Shown here: positions 49,328 through 61,716 of the stretch, piece by piece
Layout: the number at the start of each line of letters is the position of its first letter
How positions within the stretch are numbered: the stretch's first letter is position 1
NCBI RefSeq assembly: GCF_016433145.1
Contig: NC_058133.1
Span: 495,115,252-495,179,251 of the forward strand
Direction: 5' to 3'
Length of the DNA: 64,000 nucleotides
Origin: Gracilinanus agilis
Taxonomy: Eukaryota
Program-made: the position numbers and the translations under genes
The notes under the pieces: generated by a model
Told to the model about the DNA's origin: nothing
What the model saw: only the letters and a program-made list of their open reading frames with translations
Database searches by the model: none

Positions 49328-52300
49328 TGCAGATGCATTTTTAAGAGAGTCAGTTACCTTTTAAGAATTAAACAATTGATTGACAAATAAAGAGAATATA
49401 ATTCCTCCATGTCTATTGTTTATTTTTAAAAGCATTTGGTCAGTATATTAATAGCAGTGATATCATCATTTATATAGCACTTTAAAGTTTGTCAAGCACT
49501 TTACCTATATATTATCTAATTAGATACTACTCTGTAAGATAGGTACTAGTATTATCCTCAGTTTATAGATGAGTATACTGAGACTGAGAAAAATTAAGTG
49601 GCTTGCCAAGGGTAATACAGATAATGAATGTCTGACATAGGATCTGAACTTCAGCTTTTCCTGATTCTCAGTTCAACATTCTATTTGCTCTGCCCCTAAC
49701 AAAAACTCTCCCAGATAATATTATATCTCGCAACATTCCCTGATGGTTGCAACTATAGACCTCATTTTTTAAAAGATCTGCTAAGTATTGATTTCAAGAG
49801 TTATGCAAAAGAGGGAAGCATTTACTTGTGTCATGGGGGTCACAGTGTGAGGAGTCCAAGTAAAAGAAAGATTTCCTATTTATGGGAAGGTTTTCCAATG
49901 GCTCCTATCCACAAACAGCATTATGCTAATGTACTCTGGAACAGGGGCTGCAGATGGACAATTCACTGAATTCATTATGATATTAGACTTTTGAAAGCAA
50001 GCAATGCTTTCATGATCCCAAATTACTCATTACCACAAAAGCCCATTTCTTTAATGTCACTCTTTTTCCATTGCTACACAGCATTTGGGCAGTTCACACT
50101 TTATACCTGGGATTACCCCTTCTTTTCATCTGAATTTCTACACATCCTTTAAAGCCCAAAAGAAATATCTTCTCCATAAAGTTCCTGCTTCCCCCTTTGG
50201 AATGATCTCACTGGGACTTGTTTTACACATTTCTAGTGCACTTCTGTATTAAAAATTATCCTTTGAAGTGCCACATCACCCTCCTACATGAGAACCCCAG
50301 GATGGCAAGAACCAAGACTTCTCTGAACTTTGTATTTCTCCCATTGACTAGCACATAGATGGTGACTCAACACCTTGCTGGGCTACTTACAGGCACTTTT
50401 TGTCTGAGTGGTCCCTGCCTTATTCAGGCAAGGCTAGTGTTTCTTTAAAAGGGTTTGAAATCATTCTTAGGACTTCATTGGATGAAAAGGGACTAGAAGC
50501 TCAGACTCTTAATGCAGCTTCCCAAAGTCCCCAAGGTACAAAGGTAGAGTAAGAGTTGTTTAAAGTTCATCCTATAAGATGTCTGTCCACAGATTATGAT
50601 GGACAACATAAAGACAGTGAAGCTAATTGCATCAATGCCATAACCTTGCTGAATAGCCTTTCCCTGCTAGGACCAAGTAAAAATCTTTTTTTTTTTTGTT
50701 TTGTTAACCCTTAAATGTTCTGTGAATTGTCTTGTTTCCTTATAATGTCATACTTGAGTTAAAAGATCAGCCTATGTTAATTATTACAGCTGAACTATTA
50801 TCGCAACTTAACCAATGTGTTGAATTGAATCATTGTACAATGGGATTTTGAAAGAGTGGCTTTCGTAGGTTGTCCAATGACCATGGGAAAATATTCATGG
50901 TGTATGAACATAGGTATGTTATTCACCTTGGCTTACATGTGAGAAGGAGCATTAAGGGCATCATTAAAGACAGGTATAATTGGAAAAGGGGGTGGGATGG
51001 GCAAGTATCAAGAAATAGAGCTAATAGATAGATGAATAATCCAAGAGCTGCAGTGGTACCCACAAGGCATTAATAGAATCAGAGAGAGGCTTCCAATGCA
51101 CTACGTGGATCCTCTAAAGGAGGGAATTTACCTAAGAATGTGGACAAGAATCACACATGATGACCTCGTGACAGAATCATCACTGCCCCAAATTTTGGCA
51201 TACTCTCCCCTAGGATGAGCACAACACAGGAGAACACCAGTAAGACACGGAAATAGTGCCCTCTCCAGGTAAACAGACTTCCCCAAGATGCCCTGCTGTA
51301 CCAGTTACTGTTCTTCCTTTGTTGTGGCAACACAATTACCTCTACAGAATGAGAGCTAGTTTATAGTGGCTGGGAAGGCCTGGCCCAGTTCTTTTTTATA
51401 AGCTGACCTGGAATGGTGTGGGGGTCACTGACAGGGTCAGCAGGGTCATTGGCCTCAGTCGCTACCATCTTCCCTCCTCACACAAATCACTTGCCTTGCC
51501 TTCCTGATCATAAAGAAAACTTCCTTCGCTTCTTATCCTTTCAAGGAGCTTTTCCTTGTTTTTCTCCTGTTGTCCATTCTTCATTGCATTAGAATATTAC
51601 ATTAATGTAGCATAGTTTATTCAGCCATTTTTCAGTTGTTGGACATTCAGATTGCATACAATTTTCCCATAATTAAAAATAACGCTGCTATGGAGAGTTT
51701 TGAGTATTTAGTTCATATTAATTCTTTTGACCTCAAGAGCAAGTAAGTGGACCTCAGATTTTCTCCCCATTCAATTGGGATCTTCTTGAGAGCGAGGTTT
51801 GTCTATCACTCTTCGCAGTCTCAGCATCCACAAGGGTCATAGGGGACCTAAAGGTCAGTGCAAAGACCTTCAGAGCTAGAAGTTTGTCCAACTGAGGGGG
51901 TCAATAGGCTAGAGTCCAAAGTACAACAGATCTCAAAATCCAGCCTACCATACGCAGAGAAATTCCACCAAAGTCTGAATGGAGTTCTTTGTTTAAAAAG
52001 GAAAAAAAGAGTTTGTATCTTATTGATGTACAAGCTAAAAATAGTCGTGTTCCAAACAAAGTGTTTTAATGTGTTTAAAATGAAAACTTTAAGACAACAC
52101 GAGGATTTAGAATGTATGACTCATTAAATTATCAGTTATCTTTTAGAAAGCCATGGAAACTTGGAAGAGAGTCCACCCCCACCCATAATTCCCTTATTGT
52201 TTCTGATTGGTTCAGAAAACGAGAATTCCCACCCCCCACCCCCACCTGGGACCTTATTCACTTCACCCATTGGAAATTGAATTCAGTATTAGCAACTAGT

Positions 52301-52799
52301 CCCTGATCCCAGAGCTAGCTCGCCACCATTGTTGCTACAGATGCTTGTGAGGGAGCTAAGAAACCCAGGGCGAGACTTGAAATTGTGAAGGGAGAAATGA
52401 GGGCTGCCAACTTTGTCCCTATGCTCCCATTTCTCCCCTTTTCCTCCACTCTTATTTCTACTCTAGGTGTGTCCCAGATCCTCTAGATTCTTCTAGAAGA
52501 TCCAGGTCCAAGTCTAAGACCTCACTTAGCTACTTACCAGCCAGGCATAGGTCCATGGACAGATTGCCTCACCTTTATGAGTCTCCTTGCCCTTATCCGT
52601 AAAATGGGGATGAGAAGATCTCCCCTGCCCTGCCTAAAATCAGATTCTGAACTTCTCTACAAATGTAAAGGGTTATGGATGACATTACTGTGATGACGTA
52701 GGTGTCTTGGCAGCCTAATCTAACAAGGTTCATGGAACCTAAGGTAGCATTTGATGATTACTGGGTCACTCCTGCCAGGCAATATTTTAGTATTTTATC

Positions 52800-53260
52800 A
52801 TTAGGGTGGGAGGGGTGGCACAGTGGAAAGGAGTGCTAGATCTGGAGTCAGGAAGACCTCAGTTCAAAATCAGCCTTAGCTGTGTGACGGTGTGCAAGTC
52901 ACTTAATTGTAGTCTGCCTCAATTTCCTCAACTGTAAAATGGGAATAATAATATACCTACATCATAGGATTATTGTGAAGATCAAGTGAGATAACATTTG
53001 TTTTTTTAATTGAAAAATTTTATTTAATGAATTGATTTAGAGTATTTTTCCATGGTTCCATGATTCATGTTCTTTCCCTCTCCCCCCATAGCCAACGAGT
53101 AATTCCACTGGGTTTTACATATGTCACTGATCACGACCTATTTCCATACTATTAATATTAGCATTAAGGTGATGGCTTAGAGTCTACAAAAACGAGATAA
53201 TATTTGTTAAAAAAATGCTTAGCACATTGTCTGACATATAGCCGGTACTATAGAAATACT
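52800..53260 (+). mobile_element. MIR with an antisense L1 3' fragment inserted (~53003-53193)
   Basis: TSD gagataa(c/t)atttgtt (52988-53002, 53194-53208). Confidence 0.88.
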
Positions 53261-53269
53261 TATTTCCCT

Positions 53270-53560
53270 TCCCATATGGTACAGCCTGCTCCCACCCACC
53301 ATGTACCTCTCTGTTGCCCTCTGTGTGATATTCATTTATAGTTCCTCGGAGATGATCGGATTCCATGTCTTGGAACCATATACCAATTTTGGTGGTGTGG
53401 TAGTGTTAAAAAGATGAGTCTTTGTTTCTGGGAGAAGTCTGGGATGATTAGAGGAGCTTTGCAGTTCCCCAATGGTGATCCATCTGCCTTCCTTCCTCTT
53501 TAATTTTGGACCTAACACCATTTCCATTTGTACTATCCATCCTCTGAGTGTGTATATAAA
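53270..53560 (-). mobile_element. RTE ORF C-terminal fragment
   Basis: Minus frame LGPKLKRKEGRWITIGEL...ETKTHLFNTTTPPKLVYGSKTW matches RTE (KAHLFN..ILP.LLYG.ETW). Confidence 0.8.
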
Positions 53561-53756
53561 AATATTCATATATACACATATCTGCATTCCTATAAGCACA
53601 AATACAAACATATTCACGTAGCTCTCACCTCCCTGCACACTTTTGGACTTAGTTTCCAATTGTGGGAATCCCGATTGCCCATTTCTGGCTTGTTTATCTT
53701 CTTCTGGTTCCAAAAAGGGGTAACATCTAAAGTTAACTCAGTTTTACATATACACG

Positions 53757-53988
53757 ACTATTGTTCAGTTGTGTCTGACTCTTCCTGACTCCACTGGAGT
53801 TTTATCTTGGCTAAGCCACTGGAGTGGTTTGGCACTTCCTTCTCCAGATCATTTGACAGATGAGTAACTGAGGAAAACAGGGTCAAGTGACTTGTCCAGG
53901 GCCACATAGCTAGTCAGAGTCTGAGACTAGATTTGAACTCAGGCAGATGAGTCTGGCACTCTAACCACTGTACCACGCAGCTGCCCCA
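53757..53988 (-). mobile_element. MAR1 SINE
   Basis: Full antisense copy. Confidence 0.9.
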
Positions 53989-54129
53989 AATAAAGCTCCC
54001 TCCAAGATTTAAACTCAGATGATTAGATTGAGAGTCCAGAGTGCTAATCATTACACCAAGAGGGTCACTATATTAAGAGACTAAGCAAAGCAAGGAATTG
54101 TATCAGAACAATAAAACATGAACTCAGTT

Positions 54130-55590
54130 CAAATTTATTTGATTCAATAAGCATTTGTTGAGTGACTATTAGATGCCAGGCACTGAGGATACAGAGGGAA
54201 AAACATAAATAAAGCATGCATTCTATTGGGATTAAACAACATCTGTGCAGATAAATAAATACATAATACATACACAATTAAGAGAAGGAGGCCGGGCTTT
54301 TTGTTTTTGTTGTTGTTGGGGGGAATATTAACAATGGACAAATCATGAAATTCAGACATTAGCATTTTTTTGAACACCCTCCATGTGCCAGGGACTAAGG
54401 ATATGAAGGAAAAAATTAAACAATCTTTGCCCTTAAGGAAATCATTTTTTGATAGAGAGAAAATAACTATATATGAATATATATTGATAGATTCAAATAT
54501 ATACTAAATATGTTTGGGCCTTTTAAGTCATTAAAGCTAAGACTTTTGAAAGACCCCATTTATGGTAATTTGGGGTTTAAGAGAATAAGAGGTGCTGCAA
54601 TAGACTCATATGGGAGGTAGCCCTTGAGCTGAGTTTTGAAGGAAGCCAAGGATTCTAGGAGGCAGAGGTGAGGAGAAAGTATTCTAGGAATGAAGGACAG
54701 CTTTCTACCCAAAGGCACACAAGTAGGAGATGGAATGTGTGTAAAGAGAACAGCAAGAAGCTTCATTTGGCTGGAACAGAGAGTGCAGAAAGAAGAATAA
54801 TGTGTAACAAGCTAGGAAAGGTACAGGGCAGCCAGATTGCAAAGGGTTTTAAATGCCAGAGGAGTTCCATTTCTCACTTTGGGCATTTTCACTGGCTGGA
54901 AAACTTCCCTCCTCATCTTTGCCTCCTGCCTTCCCTGCCTTCCTTTTAGTCTCAGTTCTAGACTGATATTCTGCAAGAAGCCTTTCCTGATCTCCCTTAA
55001 TGTTCATACCTCCCCTCTGTTTATGATCTCCATTTTTTTCCCCTGCAGATTGAGCTTGTTTGTAAATAGTTGCTTGAATGTTGCCTCTGCCTATTTGACC
55101 ATGAGCTCCTTGAGAGCAGGAAATGTCTTTTTTCCTGCCTTTGTAACCCCAGCACTTAGCACAGTGCCTGACACATGGTGGATGCTTGATCAATGTCAGT
55201 TGACTGTTTTATAAGCAAGAGAGATCCACAGCAGCTTTTTGAGAAAGGGGATGCCTACATATTAAGAACATCTGTCTGATAGTCATTTGGAGGATGGAGT
55301 GGAGAGAAGAGAATCTTAAGGCAAAAAAAATTATGCTATTTCAATAGTCTAAGAGAGAGGCGATAAAGACTTGAATTAGAGACATGACTAGTGTGAGAGA
55401 AGGGTCCTGATGAGAAGGTTGTTGTAGAAATAGAATGGATAAGACGGGGCACCTGGTTAGCTGTGAAGGATGAGGGAGAGGAATAAGAGTGAAAGGTGAC
55501 CCCAAGATGGTGAAAATAGTTATGTGGAAGATGTCATCTTTAACAGAAGTGGGACAATAGGAAAAGCCTTTTTTAGGACAGAAATGAATC
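54130..55590 (-). mobile_element. L2 fragments (antisense 54130-54900 and 55200-55590; sense 3' end ~54960-55200)
   Basis: L2 tails and body motifs. Confidence 0.78.
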
Positions 55591-56160
55591 ATAAGGAACA
55601 GAAAACTTCAGCCACATTCATGAACAAGGAGAATTTTGGACTCAAGACTCCTATTCTGACAAGGGAAGACATGGACACATTTGCTCTCTTTTTGCAGTTG
55701 TTTTCTTGGATGCATTCTAGGACCGAAGATATCAGTGAAGAGTGTAGTTGATAACTTTTTCTTTCCAACAACTGGCTTGACTTTCTTTGCCTCAGGTAAT
55801 ACTTCCTGTTCCCTTGTCAAGTTTTCTTCCATGCGTTCTAACTCCAAGGAGCCTCAGATGTACCTTCCGTGGGTTTGTCTCCTGGCCCTACTCCCTGTTC
55901 CTGGTGACAGTCTCCATTTGCCATCTTTTCCATAGCTAGGATGTCTCATCCTCTTGTTTACTCTATATGGTCATGAAAGCAGCAATGATCTACATTTTCC
56001 CCAAATAACCGCTTATCAGGAAAAACAAACAAACAAAGAAATCACAAAACCTTTCTTCACGAGGGCTGATCGAAGAGATGAAAGCTGTCTTCGGGGAAGT
56101 CTGCTTCTTTAAGAGTTCTTATACTTGGGGGGCCCAGTCGTCCTGGGAAATGTAGTCCTT
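55590..56160 (-). other. Unexplained ~570-bp non-repeat-like insert with a promoter motif and a broken ORF
   Basis: It interrupts an L2. Minus strand GACTACATTTCCCAG, TATAAG, then MEKMANGD... / LERMEENLTREQEVLPEAKKVKP... Confidence 0.4.
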
Positions 56161-57429
56161 TCCTTTTTGGACATGTATGCTTGTGAGATCTCCTCAACTA
56201 ACTCATAAAACCACCAAACAGAAGATATGCATGTGTTTTATACACACATATATGCACACATGTAGTTTTCAAACTTCTTGGTGGCTCTACATCCAGGAAG
56301 AGCCAGACTCTTCAATGGAAACCCAGATGATGTCAAGTCAAATCAACAAGCATTGGTTAATTGCTTTCTATGTGCTAAGGACTGGGGATACAAATAGAAG
56401 GAAAAAGAAGATGGTTTCTCTACCTCAAGGAGTTTATATTTTAATGGAGGAAGATGATACTTAAAAGAAAAGAAAGATGAAAAGCTGGGAAGGTGCCCCG
56501 TGTAGGGGCATAGAGGAAAAGGGAGTCTAGTGAGAGAGGAGAGGATCCAGAGAAGAATGAAAAAGTGAACATGGCTGACCTGGGGGCTTCTTCTTAAAAA
56601 GGAGGTAAGGGCTAATCAGAAGAAGGGAGCTTGGGGTAAAGTGTTATTTCAGGAAGAAAGGCTGAATTTAATGGGCAGTCGGGAGATCATTTTTATCCTG
56701 GGAGTTCTTCAGACTCAGTTGGGTGGCACTGAACAAGCCACCATTTGTAAAATGAAAGAGGGGAAGTTGGAAAATGACAGATCCCACTTACCTCAAAGGA
56801 GACCTAGGAAAATTAGACCCTTTCTTCTTCACGCAAACACACTTAAGAAAATGGGAATGCTGCCTCTCTGACACTTAGAAGGAAGTCCAAATACTGCTGG
56901 TATGACCTGCAGAGTCTGATTCAAGTCCTTGAGCAGATCACTGGATCAGCTTTCCTATAGGGTGACACCTTTCTGTTGATGGCGACAGTTTTTACTTGTA
57001 CTAGAAAGGCACACAGCCCTTCTCTTGTGACAGCTTTTTTTCTCCTCTCTAAGTCCTTTCTTCATCATCACGCTGACACCTTAGCATTGTACCCTAGCAG
57101 TTCTGTCTTGGCATCATTTCTCCAAGCAGCCCTCGCATGACATCCTTGCCAAGTGAGGATATTAAAACTCACTCTGCTCCAGCTGGAAATGGATTTTTGA
57201 CATCTTTTATACTTGGTATGTGTGTTATAGAATCAGAGAATTTCAGTCCCTGAAAAACATCAAAATTCAATGCTTTTATTTTACAGATGTGAAAACTGAG
57301 GCTGGGGAGATGACACGACTGACTCAAGGCTATGCAGGGAGTAGGGAGCAGAGATTTCATATCCAAGCCTCCTCTAATGGCAGTGTACTGCCTCTCCCAT
57401 TTACTCACACCATTTTACGAAACCACACA

Positions 57430-57810
57430 TGTAGCGGGTGAAAGATGAAATGACTGAGGAAACAAAGGTTCAAACTTTTGAGCATAACAATTTATTAAGC
57501 AGTGCGTGCCAGTTGTCCAACAAACCAGACTGACTTCTTCCTCAACTTTAGGGCTAGATTCTGAATACAGAGGGAGACAGACAATCAAAAGATTAAAAAC
57601 AATCAAAGAAGGCCAATTGATTAAAGGAGATGATCAACACTGGGTAATCTGATTTTTAATTATATGAAAGATTAGGGACATTCCAAGTTGGAAAAAGGAG
57701 GAAAAAACAGGTACAATTCCCTAAAGTCAGAAAAAGAGCTGTCCCACTCCCATCAAATGTCTGTAAATAATCAAAGGAAGATGGAAACAAAAAATGACTG
57801 ACCACTACAG
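57430..57810 (-). mobile_element. Possible solo LTR
   Basis: TGTAG...CTACA ends and an antisense poly(A) signal (tttatt); no matching TSD found. Confidence 0.3.
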
Positions 57811-58387
57811 AGCCAGTTTTCTGATGAGACATAGGAGTTTCTTGAGAAGCATAATTGTGAGAAAACTCCTTGTATCAATCTTTGGATCTGACTGAGTTTC
57901 AGGTCAGCATAACCTAGATCCTTAGTTAAGGGTCTCCAAGAAGCAGGGAGGGGAGGTTCAGTTTCTCAGTCATGCAGGGCTAAATTCAAACATTAAGGTT
58001 TTCTCTCATTTCCCGCAATTGCATGGTTTTTCTCCCAAGAACTGAACTAGACCCATGATTGATTAAAAAGGGAACTGAGCTAGTTCCAGAACTGAGTCAC
58101 AAGATGGAATCAGTGCAGTTCACTCAGTTCCCACAACTAACCACTTGTGGTCCTAATCTCCTCAATTCCCTCAATTTCCCTCCTTTGATTTATGGGGGAG
58201 CAGGCAGCCTCAATGGATCACTCAATGGGTCACTTATTTATAAGCCAAATCTCTAAGGTTTTTTTTTCATATGTTCATAATCAGAATTACATAAATCAAG
58301 TTATAGATCCAACTACTTAGAGAGCTCACAAAGGTCTGATTTGTGAGAAGGGAGATTGACATATCACCATGTTAACTAAGAAATCTT

Positions 58388-58831
58388 TTTTTTTTTAAAT
58401 TTTAAGCATTTATTGCTTCAGTATTCTTTTTTAAAAGTTTAATTCATTAATTAATTAAGAATCTTTTCCCACGGTTCCATGATTCATGTTCTTTCCCTCC
58501 TCTCCTCCCTCTCCCCTCCCATAGCCAGTGTGCAATATCACTGGGTTTTACATGTGTCATTGATCAAGACCTATTTCCATATTATTGATATTTGCGCTGG
58601 GGTGATGGTTCAGTGTCTACATCCCCAATCATCTTCCCATCAACCCATGTGATCAGGCAATTGTTTTTCTTCTGTGTTTCTGCTCCCACAGTTCTTTCTC
58701 TGGATGTGGATAGCATCTTTCTCATAAGTTCCTCTTTATTGTCCTGGATCATTGCAGTGCTGCTAGTAGAGAAGTCCATTACATTCGATTGTGCCACAGT
58801 ATATCAGTCTTTGTGTACAATGTTCTCCTTC
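58388..58831 (-). mobile_element. 5'-truncated L1 3' end
   Basis: TSD aac(t/c)aagaaatctt (58374-58387, 58832-58845). Confidence 0.92.
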
Positions 58832-59099
58832 AACCAAGAAATCTTAAACGTAGACACCATGAAAGGCCAAAGGCATACAATAATGATTATTTGTATTATC
58901 AACTAACATCAAGTCTCCTCGTATCTTGGTAACTGCTCTGTTCCCTCAGAGGGGTGAGGAGGCTTGTTCCAGGTCGTATAGTTAGTGTCAGAGTTGGCAG
59001 AGTTGGGACAAGTGTCTGCTGATCCCTAAGGCTAGTAATCTTCTTGCCACTACCATGGTGCTCCGTGTCTACCTCTTGCTCCCACTCTCACTTCGACTA

Positions 59100-59164
59100 T
59101 TCCCACCACCGCAACTACTACTATTGTTACTACCACCACTATCATTATTACTATACTACTTCTG

Positions 59165-59240
<76 letters not shown>

Positions 59241-59255
59241 CACTACTACTACTAA
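59100..59255. repeat. (CTA)n microsatellite with degenerate flanks
   Basis: Read directly. Confidence 0.97.
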
Positions 59256-59634
59256 CCAGCCAACTAGCTAGTATTTAATATTTTAAATTCAATCCAATCA
59301 AAACTTCTATGAATTATATACAGTGAGCAAGACATTGTTCTAGGTGCTGAGATCCCAGTGTGAACAATGACATGGAATATCTCTCAAGGACTCTATAGCC
59401 CACTAGCATATACACAGATAAGCATTCTTATATGCACCTACATACTCTGACACAGGGTAGAGGGTGATAAGGTTAAACGAGGGACAAAATGCTTAAGAAA
59501 ACTCAATGGCAATGGAATAAGGAGACTTGGGTTCAAATCCTACCTCTGATACCTGCTGCTATCTGATCTATGTCAAGTCACTGAACCTGTCTGGACATCA
59601 GATTCCTCCTTTGTCAAGATTAGATAGCCTCCAA

Positions 59635-59903
59635 CTTGGGAGAAAGAACATTATCCACATCCAGAGAAAGAACTGTGGGCACAGAAATGTATTAGAAAAA
59701 CATATGATCAATCATGTAGTTGGATGAGGATATGATTGGGGTTTTGATGTTAAAGGATTGTTCTACTGCAAATATGAATAACACAGAAATTGGTTTTGAA
59801 CAGGATAACTGCTTGTCAGCTTTGGGAGGGGGGAGGAAAGAGCAGGTAGGGGGGAATGTATCTTGAATCATGTAACCATGGAAAAATATTTTAAATTTAA
59901 AAA
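59635..59903 (+). mobile_element. 5'-truncated L1 3' end inserted in a MIR
   Basis: 19-bp TSD aagattagata(g/a)cctccaa (59616-59634, 59904-59922). Confidence 0.92.
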
Positions 59904-59949
59904 AAGATTAGATAACCTCCAAGTTCCTTTTCAATCTGGTTCTATGATG

Positions 59950-61320
59950 CCCTGATTTGTAGTTCTGTGCATTAAAGGAGGCTTCTTAGAGAAGTGAGAC
60001 CTAGACCTGGATAGAATTTGAGGATTTCTTCTGGCAGAGTATTCCAGACATGGAGGATTACTTGGGTGAATAAAGGAGAAGGGCACAGGAAGGATGAGAC
60101 TAGAGAAAGCCAAATGCCTTGAGATGGCTGGAAAGGTGATGACATGAAGGAGAGTAAAAGGTAGGTTGGAAGCAGATGGTGGAAGGTCTGATATATTGAG
60201 GATCTTGTATTTTGTCTCATGGGAAATAGGCAGAAAGCTACCAAAAGTTTTAGAGGAAAACATGGTCAGATCTAAGTTTTAGGAACTTGACTTTGGCAGC
60301 TGTAAAGAGAGTGACCTGAAGGAGGAAACAGGAATTAGTTATGTTCCAACTACATGCCAGGAACTTTGCAAATATTATTTCATTTGATCCTCACAACCAT
60401 GCTGGGTCATAGGCCACTATTATTTTATAGTTGAAGAAACTGAGTCAGAGAGCAATTAAGTGACTTTCCCAGAGTCATATAACTAGTGTCTGAGGTCAAA
60501 TTTGAACTCTGATCTTTCTTGACTCCAGAGTTCTATCCACTGCATCAACTATTTGTCTCACCTAGAATCATGTAGACCAATTAGGAAGCTAATGCAATGG
60601 AAACCAATAGAAACCTAATGAAATTGTCCAGATGAGAGGTCTTACCTCTCAAATATCTGTAAAAGCTTGAGGCAAACTTTAAGATGGCATGCAAATGTGG
60701 GTTATAATGGATTGGAAGAGGGACTGGAGGCAGCAATGATGATTTAATTAGAGTCAGGGGATTGAGTCAAGATTAGGATCAGAGAGGATCATTTCTGAGT
60801 TCACTATCTTGGATATTGAAGGCTTTGGGTGGAGGGTGAGGTAGAATGGAGATGGAAGTCATGGGAGTTGAGAAGGTTAATGAACTGAGAGGCCAGAGAC
60901 CAGCATGTTTGAGGTGATGTCAATGTGTCCTTTGAATCTCCAATGTTGAGGATGGGGTTTGGAGTAAAGAAGAAGGCCATGAGCCAAGGAGTGAACTTAC
61001 TGAAGAAGGAGGAAGAATGACTCAGGGATGGTTGATGGACCTGATAAGAATTTAGGTAGAGTGAAACCATTGACTGGAATGAACATCAAAGGAGGATAGT
61101 TTCTACATTTTTGTGGCAGATGGGTAGGAATGGCAGGGGGAACCAAGAGTATGTTCACTCTTCCTTCTAGATGTATATGTGGGGAGGTAGAGGTAGAAGA
61201 AGGGAATGGAAGGAGTTTGAGGAGAGTGACCAGTATTGGAGAAGCCTCAAGTGATGTGCTGTCCTCAGGAAAAAGCCATGTTTTAATTAATGCAAGAAGA
61301 GAGGAAAGGGAAAAGGTAGG
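59950..61320 (-). mobile_element. L2 fragments including an endonuclease-region remnant (~60800-61320), interrupted by a MIR (~60335-60560)
   Basis: Minus frame LLALIKTWLFPEDSTS resembles the L2 APE motif LLALTETWL.P.D. Confidence 0.65.
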
Positions 61321-61359
61321 AAACAAGCATTTATTAAGAACTGACTGCGTGCCAGGTAT

Positions 61360-61716
61360 TGTAATTTAAAAGTTGGTTATGTTTACAAGATCCACTGGAG
61401 AGACCAGTCTTCTAAGAGATCTCAGGGGGGAATGTGCAATTGGAAATTTTGTGCTTTGAAATACATTACCCAGGAGCTCACTGACTTCCTGTTATTATGT
61501 GCTGACGTAGACAGGAGATGAATTTGGTGGATTTCCATGTCGTGCTCTTCTCTTCCTATGAAGGCAGCTGTGAATATGGGACTTTTGAATAGGTAGATTA
61601 TCTTGAGCACATGGTTTTATTTTGTTACTTTTTTATTCCTTTACTTCTGGTGATTATTAATAAATCTTATAAAATATAATATTTGAAGTAATTGTATATT
61701 AATTTTAACTTTTACA
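61360..61716 (+). mobile_element. Probable solo LTR
   Basis: TGTAA...TTACA termini and internal AATAAA (~61659); it interrupts an L2/MIR-type tail; TSD imperfect. Confidence 0.5.

Larger units (their letters stand above)
45900..51180 (+). mobile_element. Fragmented ancient RTE LINE (endonuclease ~45950-46450, RT remnants ~50430-50700, 3' end ~50820-51180), interrupted by L1, SINE, MIR and L2
   Basis: IFALSETRIHKEVADKW and GDINEKV resemble APE motifs; gagctgcagtggtacccac...tacgtggatcctct matches the RTE C-terminus (HWYP..RP..RWVDPL). Confidence 0.72.

Noticed and set aside
50600-50830. Conserved-looking noncoding element
   Set aside because: It is better explained as the RT region of the fragmented RTE.
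58070-58132. Pre-miRNA hairpin (gggaactgag...ctcagttccc)
   Set aside because: The stem is only ~10 bp with a poorly paired interior, too short for a Drosha substrate.
59044-59271. Poly-Thr/poly-Tyr ORFs
   Set aside because: They are translations of the (CTA)n microsatellite.
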